Part shown: piece by piece, positions 60,701 to 64,000 of the stretch
Numbering within the stretch: position 1 is the first letter of the stretch
Layout: every line of letters begins with the position of its first letter
NCBI GenBank assembly: GCA_030704615.1
Contig: CM060733.1
Span: 62,372,001 to 62,436,000 of the forward strand
DNA from: Takakia lepidozioides
Lineage: Eukaryota; Plantae; Bryophyta
Direction of reading: 5' to 3'
Length of the DNA stretch: 64,000 nucleotides
Position numbers and translations under genes: made by a program
Notes under the pieces: model-generated
What the model was told of the DNA's origin: nothing
The model's input: only the letters and a program-made list of their open reading frames with translations
The model's database searches: none

Positions 60701-61825
60701 CTGCCTTCCACTAGACATTGCCTCATTCTCTTCCATCCCACTACCCCTCATCCATGTTTGCACTATCTGCCTCACTCTCTCTCTCTCACCAGCACCATAT
60801 CCTAATACTCCTGCAAAGTCTTGTGAACTGTTATCCAACACACCATCTGTATATGGAACAGCTACTTCCCATGCTCTCTGATTGACATGCATGATTTCCT
60901 CAATCACAACAGCTACAGGTTCACTTGATGGAGAGGGTGACTGGTTGGGCCCGCTACTTTGTGCCAATGATGCAATGCTCTCCCTCAACTCTTCCTGATC
61001 CCTTGTATAAAATGCCTCACTCTGTGTGTCTGCTTCTGTCTCTGCTGCCCAAGCCATTGGCTGGTCAGTAGATTGACTCCTGTTCAGCACAGCCCCTTGC
61101 TCACATTCAATGTCCCTCCACATTTGAACCAAGGAGGATGCCCTCCTTTGAGGCCTCTCCAAGGCACTTTGTGCACGTGGAGAAGACGACTCTTTCAGGA
61201 AGGATGCATCTAACATGGAGACGGTATGCAAGCCAGCAAGTGCAAGCAGCTCTGCCTCCCGAGATTGCCTTTCCAGAGTTGTGATCATTGAGTCCTTCCT
61301 ACTGTCCCATATGTGCATAATACTGGATTGCTGTCTCGATAACGCATCTGAAGAATGTGAAGTGCCTATATGATCCTCGAATAGTTGCTGTTGTGATTGA
61401 ACCAATCCTTCCCTTCCTCTTTCACCCCCCTCATCATGTTCTTCCTCAAGCTGATCAACCAGTATATTCTGATACAAATTTTGACAACAATGAGAACTGC
61501 TGGCACCCTTATGTACATCTACAAGGAGAACCTCAGGATGATTCTGGTGCTCATTTGCACATTCCAAATGTTGCTCATGTAGTAGACAACTACTATCCTC
61601 TTGCAAAGAAGTTAAGGAAGAAGATGTGCTCAGAGCATTGCCGCCACTGCTCCTACTAGTTGTATCATGAGCAGAGCTGCAGGAAGCCAGTGCCATGCAT
61701 GTGTTGAGATGATCCTGCACCAGCTCCTCCAGTCCTCTTCGGAACTCTGCATCCGCATTAGTTACAGGATGGGCTTCCAGAAGCTGCAATCTCTCCTGCT
61801 TCTGCTGCACTTGTTGCAGATGCAT
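54720..61825 (-). CDS. C-terminal RING-finger (C3HC4-type) E3 ubiquitin ligase-like protein of the plant RING/U-box family, 7 coding exons
   Basis: Exons: 61825-60356, 60081-59963, 56666-56430, 56248-55990, 55516-55345, 55240-55141, 54837-54720. Motifs [95 protein letters not shown]. The ORF-track start at 61837 is GTG; the first ATG is 61825. Confidence 0.93.
57643..57768 (+). mobile_element. 126-bp 3' end of the same LINE family
   Basis: Matches 48025-48150; TSD TCTCTTTCTCTGTG at 57629-57642 and 57769-57782. Confidence 0.9.
57925..59710 (+). mobile_element. Older degenerate RTEX-like LINE copy
   Basis: GVAQ.CIL.PLLFN, LMFADD, YTYLGV, LEYAS.VW, C..C..H...C; many stops and frameshifts; antisense to the RING gene intron. 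Confidence 0.9.
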
Positions 61826-64000
61826 GATGGCAGCCACTCATTCATCCATTTGGATCTCCATCTCATTCACAACTACAGCTGTCCCTGCTGCAGTAGCACC
61901 AGATTCATCCATCCTTACGACTAAGTGGTGCCAAACCTAGATACCCTTGTGCTGCTATAGCCACCTGCTTGTTTGGTCTTATTTCTGGCCTGAATCACAC
62001 TGTAAAAATTTGTCAAATTTTGAACCTAACAGATATCACTGCAAAATTATAATACAATCAAAGAGTCTTCATTTCTCTTGCTTTCTATGTTCCTTGTATT
62101 TCTCTTTCACACAATATGTGGCAGGCAGTGGATAATATGTCAATGACCAAACTGACTTTCCTGTACCCAGGTTTTAGTATGTATGGCAAGGAATATAGCA
62201 ACTCGCGCTAAGTCAAATACATCACAGTGGACCGGTTCCAGAAGAGTTAGTATCCCTGGGTACCATGGTAACAGGCATGTCATTGCTAGAAGGGAACAGT
62301 CAAGGAGTTAATCATCTTAGACACGCAACAACACAAGTCTCTATGTATGCACCCCTTACCATCAAGTAGTGCTGACTGTTGCCCAGCAAGTCCGCTTACT
62401 ATTTTGGCAATTTCCGCGCATTGGGCATTGCTGTGCACTGAAACACTGCTCAGCCAACCAATAGATGGTCCGGTTAACCACTAATTGGTGATGGTACTGT
62501 AAATAACCTCCACTACCAACTCAGACAAAGCAGTGCTCCACTTTTTACTTCAATTTGATCTCATCGCACACTTGGAGTACTGGGGAAAGACTGCAAATGT
62601 TGAATTTGTCATGTGATGAAGCCAAACAGCCAAACTGCAAAAACAAAGTGGACTGAACAAAGCTTGTTCGGATGGGAAAATCCAATCTCCTTTCGTCTAG
62701 ATGTACACATTTTTACTGATTACCAAGAGTAGAATTAAGAGCTGTTTCATCTTGGGCTTTAAGAAGACCCCTACAACAAAGGTAACCGGGGGAAGCGTCT
62801 TGATAGATGCTCTGAGGTTTTATTTCACATTGGCTCGGCATCGGTTTTACGCCAGACTCAAGAATTTTTCTGTAGCATACGGAAGTTACTGATGAGGCAC
62901 AGGGATGCCATCGCCAATCCACTCACTCTACACCACTGTTCCGATCCAAATCAAGAACGATTTCCACTCAATCACGCACCAGTAGGATTAGAGAAACAAA
63001 GATAAAAGAGCTCTTGTTTCAGACTCCAATTGTAGGGATAAGCAAGACTTTGAAGATCATACACGTCCAGAAAGATCTCACTGGGAATTTAGCAGGCCGT
63101 CGCAAAACAGTGAGCCGAAATTACCTGCCAGAGAAGGTGAGTTGCAAGTGTGGGTAGTTAACAAGACATGGCTGATTTCCCTTGCAGCAAGATCTGCGAG
63201 GACGTACAGAGCAACGGGTAGGTAAGCGAACTTCTCCCACTGGCAGGTGAAATCCTGACGGAGGCTCTCACAAGTGCCTGCGATTTTATCCTCGCAGCTT
63301 TGCAGTATCGATAGTACCTAGAGGGAGAGTGAGAGAAGGAGACCTCAGACTTGTTAAAGTCCTGATATTGGTTTTATCCTTCGTCTAAAGCTCTTTTAAT
63401 TAATTATTCTTTAGAAGCTGACTCGCTCGTGTGAGGCACATGCACTAAAAATGCAGACTCTCATCAGACCATTTCCCTGTCGTCCTGAACACGACGACGA
63501 CGAGCCCTGCACTCCACAGTCGTGGATACGCCTCGTCAGAGACAGGACGGGACGGTGAAGACATGCTGTCCAGTAAGTCATTTGTAAAGAAGACTCGCCA
63601 TGGAAAAGTGCTTAAGGTATGCTCTTAATTTCGCCATGTATACTCTTGCTGTTCTCATCACCCCCTAGCTCTAAACCCTGAAGCTCTTGGAGTTACGCCA
63701 TGTACATGCAGTGGACGGATAGGAATGCCAGGTAGGAGAATTTTCGACTACATCACTATCTAGCATGTGATCAATTTGGGACAGGAGCTCAAGTCCTCGA
63801 CAAATTCCCGTGTTTTACCTCACCCTCAAGAGCATCTATCCTTGGACAACCTAGTTTTGGACTGTGCTTGTAACTTTTTAAATCAGCCTCCCTCCTGGTG
63901 CTGAATAGCATATTAACATCATAATAATAACAACTTCATCTAGTTAGTTAACTTCCATGCCGCCAGCCTGAAAGACGGATGGGGTGGGGAAAGGTGGTAC

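Noticed and set aside
62000-64000. Additional gene at the window end
   Set aside because: No convincing ORF; probably the 5' UTR, intron and promoter of the RING gene, which cannot be resolved from sequence alone.

Overview
Eukaryotic DNA, most likely from a non-seed land plant (inferred from the gene families and transposon types). Bases 1-~43,400 are a nest of degenerate transposons. They include Ty3/gypsy pol remnants (one with a PHD finger on the integrase) and a CACTA/En-Spm element with divergent tnpD and tnpA-like genes, the tnpA-like gene carrying an internal FCP1/NIF-type phosphatase domain. There is also a second tnpA-like pseudogene, LTR pieces, tRNA-derived SINE-like heads and fold-back elements. 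A cargo-like cluster at 25.5-34.1 kb holds a GRF-like zinc finger ORF, two diverged paralogues of an orphan protein and a ParB-like (WDGNHR) gene next to 24-bp palindromes. Bases ~44,400-61,800 hold two intact, convergent, spliced host genes: a plant O-fucosyltransferase-family gene (+, 11 exons) and a C-terminal RING E3-ligase-like gene (-, 7 coding exons). Their introns carry four copies of one RTEX-like LINE family, three with clear TSDs. All family assignments come from motifs recognised by eye; no searches were run.
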